This document shows positions 46,698-55,968 of a stretch of DNA of 64,000 bases, piece by piece. A program made the translations under genes and the position numbers. Origin of the DNA: a bacterium (GTDB lineage: Bacteria; Vulcanimicrobiota; Xenobia; Xenobiales; JADMJV01); contig JAFEBA010000001.1 in NCBI GenBank assembly GCA_018266105.1, forward strand, positions 71,594 through 135,593, written 5' to 3'. Below the pieces are notes generated by a model. It was given only the letters and a program-made list of their open reading frames with translations, did no database searches and was not told the DNA's origin. How positions within the stretch are numbered: the stretch's first letter is position 1; every line of letters begins with the position of its first letter.

Positions 46698-47096
46698 TCA
46701 GGGCTTGGGATAGCAAGATTCCAGGGTCACCTGGCGATCGCGGCTGCTCTGGCGCCAGGTGACTCGAGAGATCAACTTCACATAGCGACTTCCCATGGCG
46801 GGCAGAACCTGGGCGGTTACCTGCTGATGGTAGACCACGGTGGTGTCGTCAACAGGCACAGTCTGGTCTTTGACTCCCAGGGCAGGATTGGTGATCAGTT
46901 TGTCCAGGGCATTGGAGTCAACGCGCAGGCGTTCCAGTTCGCTCTGGGCGATGGTGGAGGCAACCGCCTGGTATTTGCCTTCCTTGACGCTGCGGTAGAC
47001 GGTGGCGACAAAACTGGCAATACAGATGACCGCCACGACCAGGATGGCCAGAGCCAGAACTACTTCGCTCAGACTGAGGCCACGTTTCGTTCGCAT
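46698..47096 (-). CDS. Pseudopilin (GspI-like) with a prepilin-type N-terminus
   Basis: MRTKRGLSLSEVVLALAILVVAV. 132 aa. Confidence 0.65.
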   Translation of the reverse strand: MRTKRGLSLSEVVLALAILVVAVICIASFVATVYRSVKEGKYQAVASTIAQSELERLRVDSNALDKLITNPALGVKDQTVPVDDTTVVYHQQVTAQVLPAMGSRYVKLISRVTWRQSSRDRQVTLESCYPKP

Positions 47097-47116
47097 GCGG
47101 TGGTATTCGCCGCGAT

Positions 47117-48145
47117 TTAGAGCTGGTCCCGCGCAGCCGCGGCCTGATCGGGCATATTTGAGAAAACTCCATCCAGGCCGGCTTCGAAATAGACCCGCAC
47201 CTCATCTTTGAGGGACCCGTTGGCTTCCGGATCGCTGCCGATTCGAAGGGCTGGGGGCAGGAAGCTATTCTCGGCGCGGAACGTCCAGCTATGGACTTTC
47301 AGCCCAGCCTCATGAGCGGCCTGGATCAGGCCTGTGTCGGCCGCCAGCGAGCCATCCGGGTTGCGCCGAATGAGCATCAGTTTGTAGGGGGAAACGGCGC
47401 TTGCGTAGGAAGCGATTTCGGCCAATCCGGCAGGCTTGACCATGTCCGCGTAGGTTTCTTTGCGTCCCGACTCGACCCAGTCTTGAGGAGCGCCCGCGTC
47501 ATCCACAAGCTGGACCAGGGGAATTTCCGTCATCTGGTGCAGTCGCTTCAGGTTGCTCACTTCGAAGGATTGAATGTAGACCGGCGCGTTGGCCCCTTGG
47601 TAGCCGTAGCGGCTCAAGATCGCGAGCATCTTGTCTTCGATGGGCAGCCCGATGCGCCGAAAGTAGCTCGGGTGCTTGGTCTCCGGGTAGACTCCGATGG
47701 TGCGCCCGTAGCTTTTTTCCCAGCCTCGCACGGCCCTTAGAATCTCTTCGAAGGTGACGATGGAGAAGCGCCCGTCATAGGCATGACTGGCGCGATTGCG
47801 GCCGCGAGCCCGTAAGCTCTTGAGTTCGGCCAGCGTGAAATCTTCCGTAAACCAGCCGGTAATCTGGCGGCCGTCCACGCTTTTGCTCGTCTTACGACCG
47901 GCGAATTCGGGATGCTCGGCAACGTTGGTGGTGTCGCTGATATCATTTTCGTGACGCGCCACCAGATGACCATCTTTGGTCGGCACCAGATCGGGTTCGA
48001 CATAGTCAGCGCCCTGGCGCACGGCCAGTTCGTAGCCTTCCAAAGTATGCTCGGGCAGGTAGCCGCTGGCCCCTCGATGAGCAATAACGATCGGTTTGGA
48101 CCAGGCGTTCAGGCTCAGGACTACAAACAAAAGCAGGCGTTTCAT
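47117..48145 (-). CDS. glpQ: Glycerophosphodiester phosphodiesterase
   Basis: IAHRGASGYLPEHTLEGYELAVRQGADYVEPDLV catalytic N-terminus. The start is taken at the signal-peptide Met (MKRLLLFVVLSL); an alternative start lies at 48187. Confidence 0.85.
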   Translation of the reverse strand: MKRLLLFVVLSLNAWSKPIVIAHRGASGYLPEHTLEGYELAVRQGADYVEPDLVPTKDGHLVARHENDISDTTNVAEHPEFAGRKTSKSVDGRQITGWFTEDFTLAELKSLRARGRNRASHAYDGRFSIVTFEEILRAVRGWEKSYGRTIGVYPETKHPSYFRRIGLPIEDKMLAILSRYGYQGANAPVYIQSFEVSNLKRLHQMTEIPLVQLVDDAGAPQDWVESGRKETYADMVKPAGLAEIASYASAVSPYKLMLIRRNPDGSLAADTGLIQAAHEAGLKVHSWTFRAENSFLPPALRIGSDPEANGSLKDEVRVYFEAGLDGVFSNMPDQAAAARDQL

Positions 48146-48206
48146 CTGGCCGGGATTCGTCGGCCGAGGCCAGTTCCTGCCCGTCAAAGTATTTGCATAC
48201 TGTGAC

Positions 48207-48251
48207 GAAAGTCATTGAATACAGTACTCTATAAACAAGTTTTGTATCCCA
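48207..48251. promoter_or_regulatory. AT-rich divergent promoter region with clustered palindromes (AGTAT-ttgc-ATACT; TGAC-gaaa-GTCA; ATACAGTACTCTAT)
   Basis: Read directly from the sequence between glpQ and the 974-aa gene. The half-site ATAC/GTAT recurs. Confidence 0.4.
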
Positions 48252-48311
48252 GATCATAGCCATTGCTAAGACCAGCCTGCTAACTTCACCGTATTAACTT
48301 ACTCGAAGGAG

Positions 48312-51236
48312 GTGCCCACAATGATTCGTGGCACCGGCAAACGAGCCCGCGGTAGCGCCCTGGTGGCCGTCATGATGGTGATCGCAATGCTGATGGCCGT
48401 CGTTCTGGCGATCTCGCACTTCCAGGCGGTGGCCCGCCGAACATACATGACCGAAGAAGCCAATCTGCGCTTTCGGGAAGCGGCCCGATTCGAAACCCGC
48501 CGTCAAGTCCTGAATATCAATCCTCCCGGAGATCTCATTCTGTCGGTCAAGGTCAAAGACGAGACCCCCGCCGGCACCCCCAAGCTCAGCAAAGAGATGG
48601 CCAGCGACATTTTCAACCGCAGCTCTTCTCAGTTGCCCGATTTACGATCTGTGGATAAAAGCCCGGCCAACCAGGTTTTGCGCTTTACTCCTCAGAGCAA
48701 TGACCCAGGTCTGCTGGTTTTTGGGAGCAACACCTACACCCAACTTGTCACCAACGTGCCCGGTTACGCGGCCTACGCTCCCAACGGAAGCGTCAACATT
48801 ACCAACCTGGAGAGTTGGGCCAACCCGACTTTCCAGGACGCACGCAAAACCTTGCAGGCCTACTCGGGCGTGATGGCTGTGGTAGCAGCCAAGCAGGACG
48901 CGAATATTGCCAATGTGACCTACGGCGAAGCCCACGTCATGGAAGGGACTGCCAAGTTTGACCACGGCGATGGAGTGGGTTTTAAGAAGAAGAACTTCCC
49001 CTTACCCGCCTATGAGGCTCTGCTGGTTCAGCAAGCCAAGGACGCTCGCCAGGCGCTGATCAATCAGGCAGCCAGCGGAGATAAAACCCAACAGCTCTAT
49101 TCGGGCGACCTCAGCCCTCAGAGCGTGATTGATCTATTCTTCAACGGCCAGCAGGGCCTGGAAGCCATGCTCAGTTTGAATAAGTCCAATCATTTCTTCA
49201 TGCCGACCATCCCCTTCTTTAGTTCGGCTCCGCCTTACCTTTACAGCTTCGCCTTCCATATGCCTTACCCGGCTGATAACGCCAGTTACAGTCCGAATGA
49301 AAACTTGAACAAACAAGTGGAAGCTCTCAACAAGCAGATCAAACAGGCCGGTGAGGATCTCAAAAAGGCCTACGATGTTCAGCAGGCGGCCCAGCAGGCC
49401 TACGACCAGAACAAGAGCAGCGATAATCTCCAAAAGCTGATCGATGCCAATACTGCTTACAACCTGGCCAAGGCCAAGGTCGATGACCTCAACCAACAAA
49501 TGCAGGCTCTCTTCGGGCCTCAAAAGGCGGCCATGGATGCCCAGATCGGAAGCAGTCAGCCGCGCGGCGTGCCCCTGACCCGGGCACAGGACCCCAGTGG
49601 TAATGATGGGGTCACGGGCTGGAGCTACGCCAGCTCAGGCAGTCTGTTGGGCCAGCTGATCAAACTGATCTTCACCTTTGACGTTGAGGACCTGGCCAAG
49701 AGCTTCGGAAACACCGAGGTAAAACTGGTCCACTTCGGCACCAAGGAACGTGAGTTCAAATTTGTGCTGGATGGAAACAACCTGGGTATCGACGCCACCA
49801 TGACTGTGCCTCGGGGGCGAGTGCTCAAGTTGAGTGGCAAGAATATCACGATCTCAGGCGATCTCTGGCTGCAGCGCGGCTCAACTTTCTATGCTGACTG
49901 CGATAAGCTCACGGTGGTTCCTGGGCGCGGCAGCGATCCGAGCAAATACTTCAGCCCCTGCGGCCGAATCTTTATGGAAGAAGGCAGTACCCTGATCTGT
50001 CGAGGAGAGGTCGAGTGTCTGGGCTCATCCGACTGGGGTTCGGTGGTGGTGGGAGGAGTGCCGGGAAAAATTCATCCGATCACTGCCGCCATTTTTGCCA
50101 ATAAGGTGACGCTGGGGAACGGCATTTTCGCTGGCTGCGCCCTGGACGATCTGGCCGAAGGGCTGGGAGACCTCTTCAATAGCTCGGAGCTGAAGGACTT
50201 GAACTCCAAGCTGATGCGACCCCTCTTCACAGAGGTGGCACCCAACGCAGCCAAGGCTCTAGGCCCGTTCTGGCCCCGTAAGCCATACTTTGCGAAGTAC
50301 GCCACCACCTTTCAGGTGATCTGCCCGCCCTTACCTCCTTTCGGCGAACCAGGACCTCCGGTTCCAACCGCAATTCCGTTGCCCATCAAGAATGTGCTGG
50401 TTCCGATCGAACGCGCTCTGGGCTACGTTTACTCGGTCAGCCTGAACCTGGGCCTGGGCGAAAATTTCTACACCCACTCCGACTGGTGGATCTTCGGCGA
50501 AGGAGTTGTGCCTGTGGTCCCCCAGGTGGATCCGAATAAGATTCTGGACAAGCTGAACAATCTGACCGGCAGCATCGCCGGTTTGCACCCGGAGGACATT
50601 ATCAAAACCTTCATCGAGGCGGCCGTCAAAGACATGGTTTCCTATGTGGTGGCTGAGGTGGTGGAGAAGATCGTGGCAAAGGTGCTGGCGGCCGCGATTC
50701 CTTACGCCGGTCTGGCCGAGGTGGCCACCAGCTTATTGGATGAAGCCACCAGTAATCTAACCGGCCGCGATACCGCCCGGGACTCTGCCGGGCAGGCGCT
50801 GACTTCGGCTCTCACCGATTCTCTGGCCTCGGCGGGCAAAGCCACTTTGGACAAGCTGGCCAGTACCGTCAGCATGAATCTGCAGGACGACTTCTTGCGT
50901 GAGTACAACGGCTTGCTGGTCTACGCCGATGACACCATTACGGTCGGCGGCAAGAACGCCACCGGGATGTTCGTGGCCGGCGGCAATTTGCGAGTGACTT
51001 CAAACCAGTGCACCGGCACGCTGCTTTCAGTCAATGGCAATATCCAGTGCACCAGCCTGTTGTTCTATCCCTACTTCAATCGGGCTTCGCTCTACCTGCC
51101 CAAGGAGACCGCGTCGGGCTGGCTGGAGCGGGGGGCACAGTGCTTCTACGATAAAGACTGGGATAGTAAGAAGGCTGTGGATGTTGGACCGCCGGCCATT
51201 CCTCCGGTCGTTTCGGCTCAGGGTTGGGCCCAATGA
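48312..51236 (+). CDS. Giant (974 aa) GspK-like pseudopilin-N-terminus protein with a central coiled-coil and beta-solenoid-like segments
   Basis: N-terminal RGSALVAVMMVIAMLMAVVLA is a pilin-like helix without Glu+5. The middle has a Q/K/A-rich helical stretch (NKQVEALNKQIKQAGEDLKKAYDVQQAAQQAYDQN). Later segments are Gly/Asn/Thr-rich (TITVGGKNATGMFVAGGNLRVTSNQCTGTLLSVNGNIQCTS). Confidence 0.6.
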   Translation: MPTMIRGTGKRARGSALVAVMMVIAMLMAVVLAISHFQAVARRTYMTEEANLRFREAARFETRRQVLNINPPGDLILSVKVKDETPAGTPKLSKEMASDIFNRSSSQLPDLRSVDKSPANQVLRFTPQSNDPGLLVFGSNTYTQLVTNVPGYAAYAPNGSVNITNLESWANPTFQDARKTLQAYSGVMAVVAAKQDANIANVTYGEAHVMEGTAKFDHGDGVGFKKKNFPLPAYEALLVQQAKDARQALINQAASGDKTQQLYSGDLSPQSVIDLFFNGQQGLEAMLSLNKSNHFFMPTIPFFSSAPPYLYSFAFHMPYPADNASYSPNENLNKQVEALNKQIKQAGEDLKKAYDVQQAAQQAYDQNKSSDNLQKLIDANTAYNLAKAKVDDLNQQMQALFGPQKAAMDAQIGSSQPRGVPLTRAQDPSGNDGVTGWSYASSGSLLGQLIKLIFTFDVEDLAKSFGNTEVKLVHFGTKEREFKFVLDGNNLGIDATMTVPRGRVLKLSGKNITISGDLWLQRGSTFYADCDKLTVVPGRGSDPSKYFSPCGRIFMEEGSTLICRGEVECLGSSDWGSVVVGGVPGKIHPITAAIFANKVTLGNGIFAGCALDDLAEGLGDLFNSSELKDLNSKLMRPLFTEVAPNAAKALGPFWPRKPYFAKYATTFQVICPPLPPFGEPGPPVPTAIPLPIKNVLVPIERALGYVYSVSLNLGLGENFYTHSDWWIFGEGVVPVVPQVDPNKILDKLNNLTGSIAGLHPEDIIKTFIEAAVKDMVSYVVAEVVEKIVAKVLAAAIPYAGLAEVATSLLDEATSNLTGRDTARDSAGQALTSALTDSLASAGKATLDKLASTVSMNLQDDFLREYNGLLVYADDTITVGGKNATGMFVAGGNLRVTSNQCTGTLLSVNGNIQCTSLLFYPYFNRASLYLPKETASGWLERGAQCFYDKDWDSKKAVDVGPPAIPPVVSAQGWAQ

Positions 51237-51679
51237 ACAGGCGGGGTCTGAGTTTGCCCGAGTCCATTCTGGCCATCTGTATCTGCTTTATGGCCTTTGC
51301 CGTCTTTACCAGCGTCTTTTCCAATGCCAGGCGCGCTTCGGTGCAAAGTCGCGACCGCACGGCCGCGATCATGCTGGCCAACACCATGCTGGATGAACTC
51401 GAGGCTCACCCTTATGGTGAGCCCGCTCCTCAGTGGTGGAGCAGTCAGGTGGACCATCCGGTGCGCGCCTGGGTCGAGGGCAACGAGGTCGAGATGAGCT
51501 TTCATAAGCGAGTCGAGTTCGAGACCAAGGGGGCCATCGGTCTGTCGGCTGAGGACAAGGATGTGGCCACCGTGATCATCAGCTGGCACGAGAATATGGG
51601 GACTCCCCAGACTCCCGTTGTTCGACCTGAGGACAACAAGTCTCTGGTGGTGCGCTACCCGCTCTGGAGGGGTCAATGA
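51233..51679 (+). CDS. Pseudopilin (GspI-like) with a prepilin-type N-terminus
   Basis: MNRRGLSLPESILAICICFMAFAV. The ATG overlaps the stop of the 974-aa gene. Confidence 0.65.
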   Translation: MNRRGLSLPESILAICICFMAFAVFTSVFSNARRASVQSRDRTAAIMLANTMLDELEAHPYGEPAPQWWSSQVDHPVRAWVEGNEVEMSFHKRVEFETKGAIGLSAEDKDVATVIISWHENMGTPQTPVVRPEDNKSLVVRYPLWRGQ

Positions 51680-52434
51680 AACGTCGCGGTATGACCTTGC
51701 TGGAGGTCTTGATTTACGTGATCATGGCGGGAATGGCTTCCATGGCGGTGGGCGCCCTGTTTTCCTTGGGACGTAAGGCCCAGGGCACGATGCTGGCCGG
51801 CTACCTGGTTAGTGGTCAGACCGACACTGCTTTGCGCTGGATTCGGCAAGATTTGCAAGAAACGGCGCTGACCAGCATCACCACCTATCCCAACGCCAGC
51901 CAGGCTGCTCAGCCTCCGGGTTGCTCGTTCGTCAGCCCGCGTGAGCCCGGCGGAGCCTTCCAGACCAGCGTTTATGCCAGGCCGCGCTGGGTCAAATTTG
52001 TGCTTTACAGTTTGAGGGATCAGGGCGACGGACGACGGGGGGAGTTGATTCGCTGGGAACTGCCTTTCAGCGACGCTCAGAAGGACTTCGTTCCTCATAC
52101 TTGCGCCACTCTGCCCAACGCCTTCACTGAAAACAAGTATCGAAGAGTGCTTGTGAAAGACGTATTGCTTCCAAATCAGAAGGTTCCCAATCTCAAGCAG
52201 AATCCGGACTATCAGACAGGACCAAACGGAGGCTTCCGCGTGCTGTTTGTGCAGCGAGCCGGCAGCGAGGCCGGGGCGGAAACCCTGACCTCGGTCAATC
52301 CGGGCGACAATACGGTGGCTCAAAAGCCAGCCGATCATCACACTCTGGTTGATGTTCGTCTGGAAATCCTATCGGATGACAAGTTCTATCCTTCATTTTA
52401 TCAAATTGGATTCAAGGTCCATCCCAAGTACTAG
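51676..52434 (+). CDS. Pseudopilin (GspJ-like) with a prepilin-type N-terminus
   Basis: MKRRGMTLLEVLIYVIMAGMASMAV. 252 aa. The ATG overlaps the upstream stop (ATGA). Confidence 0.65.
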   Translation: MKRRGMTLLEVLIYVIMAGMASMAVGALFSLGRKAQGTMLAGYLVSGQTDTALRWIRQDLQETALTSITTYPNASQAAQPPGCSFVSPREPGGAFQTSVYARPRWVKFVLYSLRDQGDGRRGELIRWELPFSDAQKDFVPHTCATLPNAFTENKYRRVLVKDVLLPNQKVPNLKQNPDYQTGPNGGFRVLFVQRAGSEAGAETLTSVNPGDNTVAQKPADHHTLVDVRLEILSDDKFYPSFYQIGFKVHPKY

Positions 52435-52449
52435 CGGAATGACCCCGGG

Positions 52450-52896
52450 ATGGTTCTCTATCTACCTTTGGTCGTGGTTGCCCTGGCCCAACTGGCCACC
52501 CTGGCCAGCTGGGCGGCTCTGCGCAAGACTTATGACAGCGACTTTTACCTTCCGGGCGGAGTGGCTTTTGGGCCACAGGGCCAGAATCGCAAGTTGATCC
52601 TGGCCTGCTTTCTGCAATTGCTGGCCTGGACTGCCTACGGGTTGTGGCTGGGTCACCTGCTGCCGGCGTCCTTGAACCTGCATAAGCTGTTGGGAGTGGT
52701 GGCCATCCCGTACATGCTGGCCATGTGGCTCCTGATCAGCGTAGGGCGACATCTGGGCCGGTTTTCCGACCTGCGCATGACTCGGCCCGACGGCAGTCAG
52801 ATCTTGCCTCTTGATCTGATGAGGCCGCTAAGTCTGGCGGTGAATGCCTACGCAACCCTGGTGCTGTTGGTGCCGCTGCTTTTTTACCTGACCTAG
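52450..52896 (+). CDS. Hypothetical membrane protein (4 transmembrane helices)
   Basis: 148 aa, four hydrophobic helices, directly downstream of the pseudopilin genes. Confidence 0.4.
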   Translation: MVLYLPLVVVALAQLATLASWAALRKTYDSDFYLPGGVAFGPQGQNRKLILACFLQLLAWTAYGLWLGHLLPASLNLHKLLGVVAIPYMLAMWLLISVGRHLGRFSDLRMTRPDGSQILPLDLMRPLSLAVNAYATLVLLVPLLFYLT

Positions 52897-52903
52897 CCCG
52901 GCC

Positions 52904-53386
52904 CTAGAAGGGGCGTCGACCGGGTCCGGGCGGAACGTAGCCACCGCCGCCGCCTCCCCCCAGGCTTTTGGCCATTGGAATGCAGGCCAGGGCTGCCAGT
53001 CCGCCCACCATTCCGGCGCAAATAGCTGCGGTCAAGGCTTTGTGAATCAGCCCATACATCCAGACCGCGAACTTGGCTTCCTTCTTGTCGTACACCTGAG
53101 GAGCCAGCCAGCCTTTGCCTTTGGAGTCGCGTGGCTTCAGGTTGGTGGAAATAAATGAGTAGAGACCTTTGACTGGGGCCTGCTTGTACCACGGGGCGCC
53201 GCTGCCGGGGAGCAGCATCAGCACAGCCAGAGCAACAATGACCGTGGTATTGATGGCCGAGTTACGCAGACCGGCTTCCGCACCGGGGTCCCCTTTGTCC
53301 GCCAGCATTTTTCCGTAGATATAGCCCAGCATCAGGCCGAGAATCAGCGAGCCGCCACAGACACCCAGAAAGAACATGCTTCCCAC
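52904..53386 (-). CDS. Hypothetical membrane protein with a C-terminal Gly-run
   Basis: 160 aa with hydrophobic helices. Ends ...SLGGGGGGGYVPPGPGRRPF. Confidence 0.4.
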   Translation of the reverse strand: MGSMFFLGVCGGSLILGLMLGYIYGKMLADKGDPGAEAGLRNSAINTTVIVALAVLMLLPGSGAPWYKQAPVKGLYSFISTNLKPRDSKGKGWLAPQVYDKKEAKFAVWMYGLIHKALTAAICAGMVGGLAALACIPMAKSLGGGGGGGYVPPGPGRRPF

Positions 53387-53453
53387 TCCTTATCGAAATC
53401 GATTATTCCCAAAATGGTCCACTCTGGCCTGCCCTAGTTTTAGAAAGAGTTCA

Positions 53454-55889
53454 CTAAAGTTTGCGTCCACTCAGGGCGCGAAAGAAAGATTGTGCGGCGG
53501 GTAAAACGATCACCGCGATCAGCAGGTTGAACCCCATTCCCAACGACATGACCAGGCCCAGTCCGGCCAGACCCGGGTGAACCGACCAGATCATGGCCAG
53601 CGACACCGCCAGCGTACAAACAGCCGGGCCCAGGGCGCGGAGTGAGGCACGCGGACGGCGCAGCGTTCCCAGCGCGATGGATACACCCAACAGCAAGACT
53701 ACGGCGGGCGCCGGCCAGGTCAGGAAATTGAGCGGCACGTGATAAAAGGCCAGACTGGACTGAGTGAAAAGAACCGCCAGCGAGGGGCCGGCCACCACCA
53801 GGGCAGCCCGCCAGGGGCTGCGCAGGACCATGGTCAGGCCCACCAGCATTCCCATTGCCAGAGCCCAGGGGACCATTTTCAGGGACCGGCGCGTCAAAGA
53901 GGCCAGATCTGCGGCCAACACGGCTGGCCCACCCACTCGGGCGGCCGAGTGCCTGAGCTCGGCCACAAAACGTTCCAGATTTTGTCCTGCTCCTACTTTG
54001 GGAAAGACCAGTACAGCCACTCGCCCATCCCGTCCCAGCAAACGCTGGCGTAGCCCGCCTGGCAAATCGCTGAGTGGAAAGGCTTCTCCTCGCTGAGAGG
54101 CCATCAGCTGAAAAAGGTGCTTGAGGTCTTCCAGTAGATGACCTTGAAAAGAGCGCAGGGCATCCTGGATTCCGCCGGGTCCCAACTCCCGGGCCAGATC
54201 GGGTTCTCCTGGGCGGGGGGGAAAAGCTTGGGCCAGTCTACGCAAATCGTCGGCCGTTTCCACCGGGATGGCGGTGGGAAGGCGGGCGGCCCTGGCGATT
54301 GAGGCGATGATTTCAATGTCCCGACGTTTCTTTGGCCCAGGATCACGAGGAAGGAACTTGGCCAGGCAGAGCGTTTCGCCCACGTGGGGGAGGCTTTCCA
54401 GGGCTTCGCAGACGGCTGTGGCTCGAGTCTGGTCGGGTGCCACCACCAGGGCAAACAGGGAAGTTTTGCCGTTATTTTGCAACTCCCGTTCCGTGCGCAG
54501 GCTGGGCGCGTTGGGGTCGAGCGGAGCCAGCGGATCTGCCGAGAAGCGATGCTTGTTGACTCCGCCGAGGCAGATTAAGGCGAGTAGAGCGGTCACGGCC
54601 AGAATGGCACGAGTGGGTCGGCGGCCCGGCCAGGAGCGTTCCAGGAAAGGGGGGAGCCCGCGATCGGGCGGGACCCAGCCTAATTCGTCAGCCGCCGGGA
54701 TGGCTACCAGGAGGCAAAAAGTGCACAGAGCTGCGCCCAATGCACAGGCTCCCCCGAGTTCAGACGGGGGCGCCAGCGGAATCATCCACATGGCCAGGAA
54801 CCCGCAAACTGACACCAGTCCCAGCCGATAGACGTGGCGTAAGTCTCGGTCCACCGCGTAATGCAGGGCCTGGTAAGAAGCCAGAATGCCGATCAAAGCC
54901 TGAGCTGTAAGCCAGATGGGACCTTGTCCCAGCAGAATCGCGCCAGCCCCGCAGCTTACGGCAAACCCCGCGCTGACGGAACAAGTGGCCAGAAAGAGTC
55001 TGCGAAAAGGCACCACCCCAAGTAAGGAGGCCAGCATGAGCGTCACCCCCAGAGCTCCCGCAACCAGCCCCAGTTCGTGAGCGGCCGCTCTGCGCTGCTC
55101 ACCCACCACCGCCAGGCTGCCCGTCAACTCTACGTCAATTTCTGGATTGCGGCCCGCTACGTCGCGTAGGATCCGGCGGATTTCCGAAACGGCGGAATCG
55201 TCGGCCGGGCGGATCAGCATGAGGTGGGTCTCATCTTGCAAGGCCAGGTAGCGAATCGGCCGGTCCTCCCAAAAGGGACGGATGAGCTCGGCCTGCTCTT
55301 TGTTGAGGAGGTTGTCCAGGGGGTTGAGCCAGGCAGCTCGCCCACGACTTTTCAAGCTGGTTTGCAGCTGCTTAAAGTAGAAACCCTGAAGTCCCTGGGG
55401 CTTCTCTCCGGGCTTCAGGCTGGCCCAGCCCAGCAAGCTGCCGCCCTTTTGGAATTGAGGCTGCATGGTTTGCATCAAACCGGCCAGCCCACTGACCTGC
55501 TCTTCATTCAGGTAGAGCAGCAAATAGGGCCGAATGGGAGCCAGATCCAGTTTGTAGAGGCGGTCGGGGAAGTGCTGCGGTTGCCGCGCCAGCCGGCTCT
55601 CCAGCTCCTCGAGAAACTCTTCCCGGTCACGGGCAGATCCTCCGCGCACGAAGAGAAACAGGTCATCGGGGAAAGGAAGGTCCTGATGCAGTGCGCGCAG
55701 GTCGGCCTGAGTGTCCGGTGGCAGGAGTTCTTCCAGCTGGCCGGCCGGCGCCTGGCGCAGCAAAACCAGCGCCAGCAGCAACAGCAGCAGGTGGGCAAGC
55801 CAGACGATTCTCGGGCAACGGCGAGCCGGGCCACTCAGGAAGGAGGGACCAAGTGTGCGTGGATCAAGGGGTTGGATGGGCTCGGCCAT
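53454..55889 (-). CDS. MMPL/RND-superfamily membrane transporter
   Basis: Two blocks of about six transmembrane helices separated by soluble domains, typical of MMPL/HpnN-like exporters. The start is taken at the internal Met (MAEPIQ) to leave a promoter gap before divergent speD; an alternative start lies at 55982. Confidence 0.6.
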   Translation of the reverse strand: MAEPIQPLDPRTLGPSFLSGPARRCPRIVWLAHLLLLLLALVLLRQAPAGQLEELLPPDTQADLRALHQDLPFPDDLFLFVRGGSARDREEFLEELESRLARQPQHFPDRLYKLDLAPIRPYLLLYLNEEQVSGLAGLMQTMQPQFQKGGSLLGWASLKPGEKPQGLQGFYFKQLQTSLKSRGRAAWLNPLDNLLNKEQAELIRPFWEDRPIRYLALQDETHLMLIRPADDSAVSEIRRILRDVAGRNPEIDVELTGSLAVVGEQRRAAAHELGLVAGALGVTLMLASLLGVVPFRRLFLATCSVSAGFAVSCGAGAILLGQGPIWLTAQALIGILASYQALHYAVDRDLRHVYRLGLVSVCGFLAMWMIPLAPPSELGGACALGAALCTFCLLVAIPAADELGWVPPDRGLPPFLERSWPGRRPTRAILAVTALLALICLGGVNKHRFSADPLAPLDPNAPSLRTERELQNNGKTSLFALVVAPDQTRATAVCEALESLPHVGETLCLAKFLPRDPGPKKRRDIEIIASIARAARLPTAIPVETADDLRRLAQAFPPRPGEPDLARELGPGGIQDALRSFQGHLLEDLKHLFQLMASQRGEAFPLSDLPGGLRQRLLGRDGRVAVLVFPKVGAGQNLERFVAELRHSAARVGGPAVLAADLASLTRRSLKMVPWALAMGMLVGLTMVLRSPWRAALVVAGPSLAVLFTQSSLAFYHVPLNFLTWPAPAVVLLLGVSIALGTLRRPRASLRALGPAVCTLAVSLAMIWSVHPGLAGLGLVMSLGMGFNLLIAVIVLPAAQSFFRALSGRKL

Positions 55890-55968
55890 GGGGCGGGCGT
55901 TGGGTTCGGCGGTTGGATCGCAGATCCTGGAGGACCAAGGGGGGTGGGCTTGAAGCGCTGCAAAGCTT

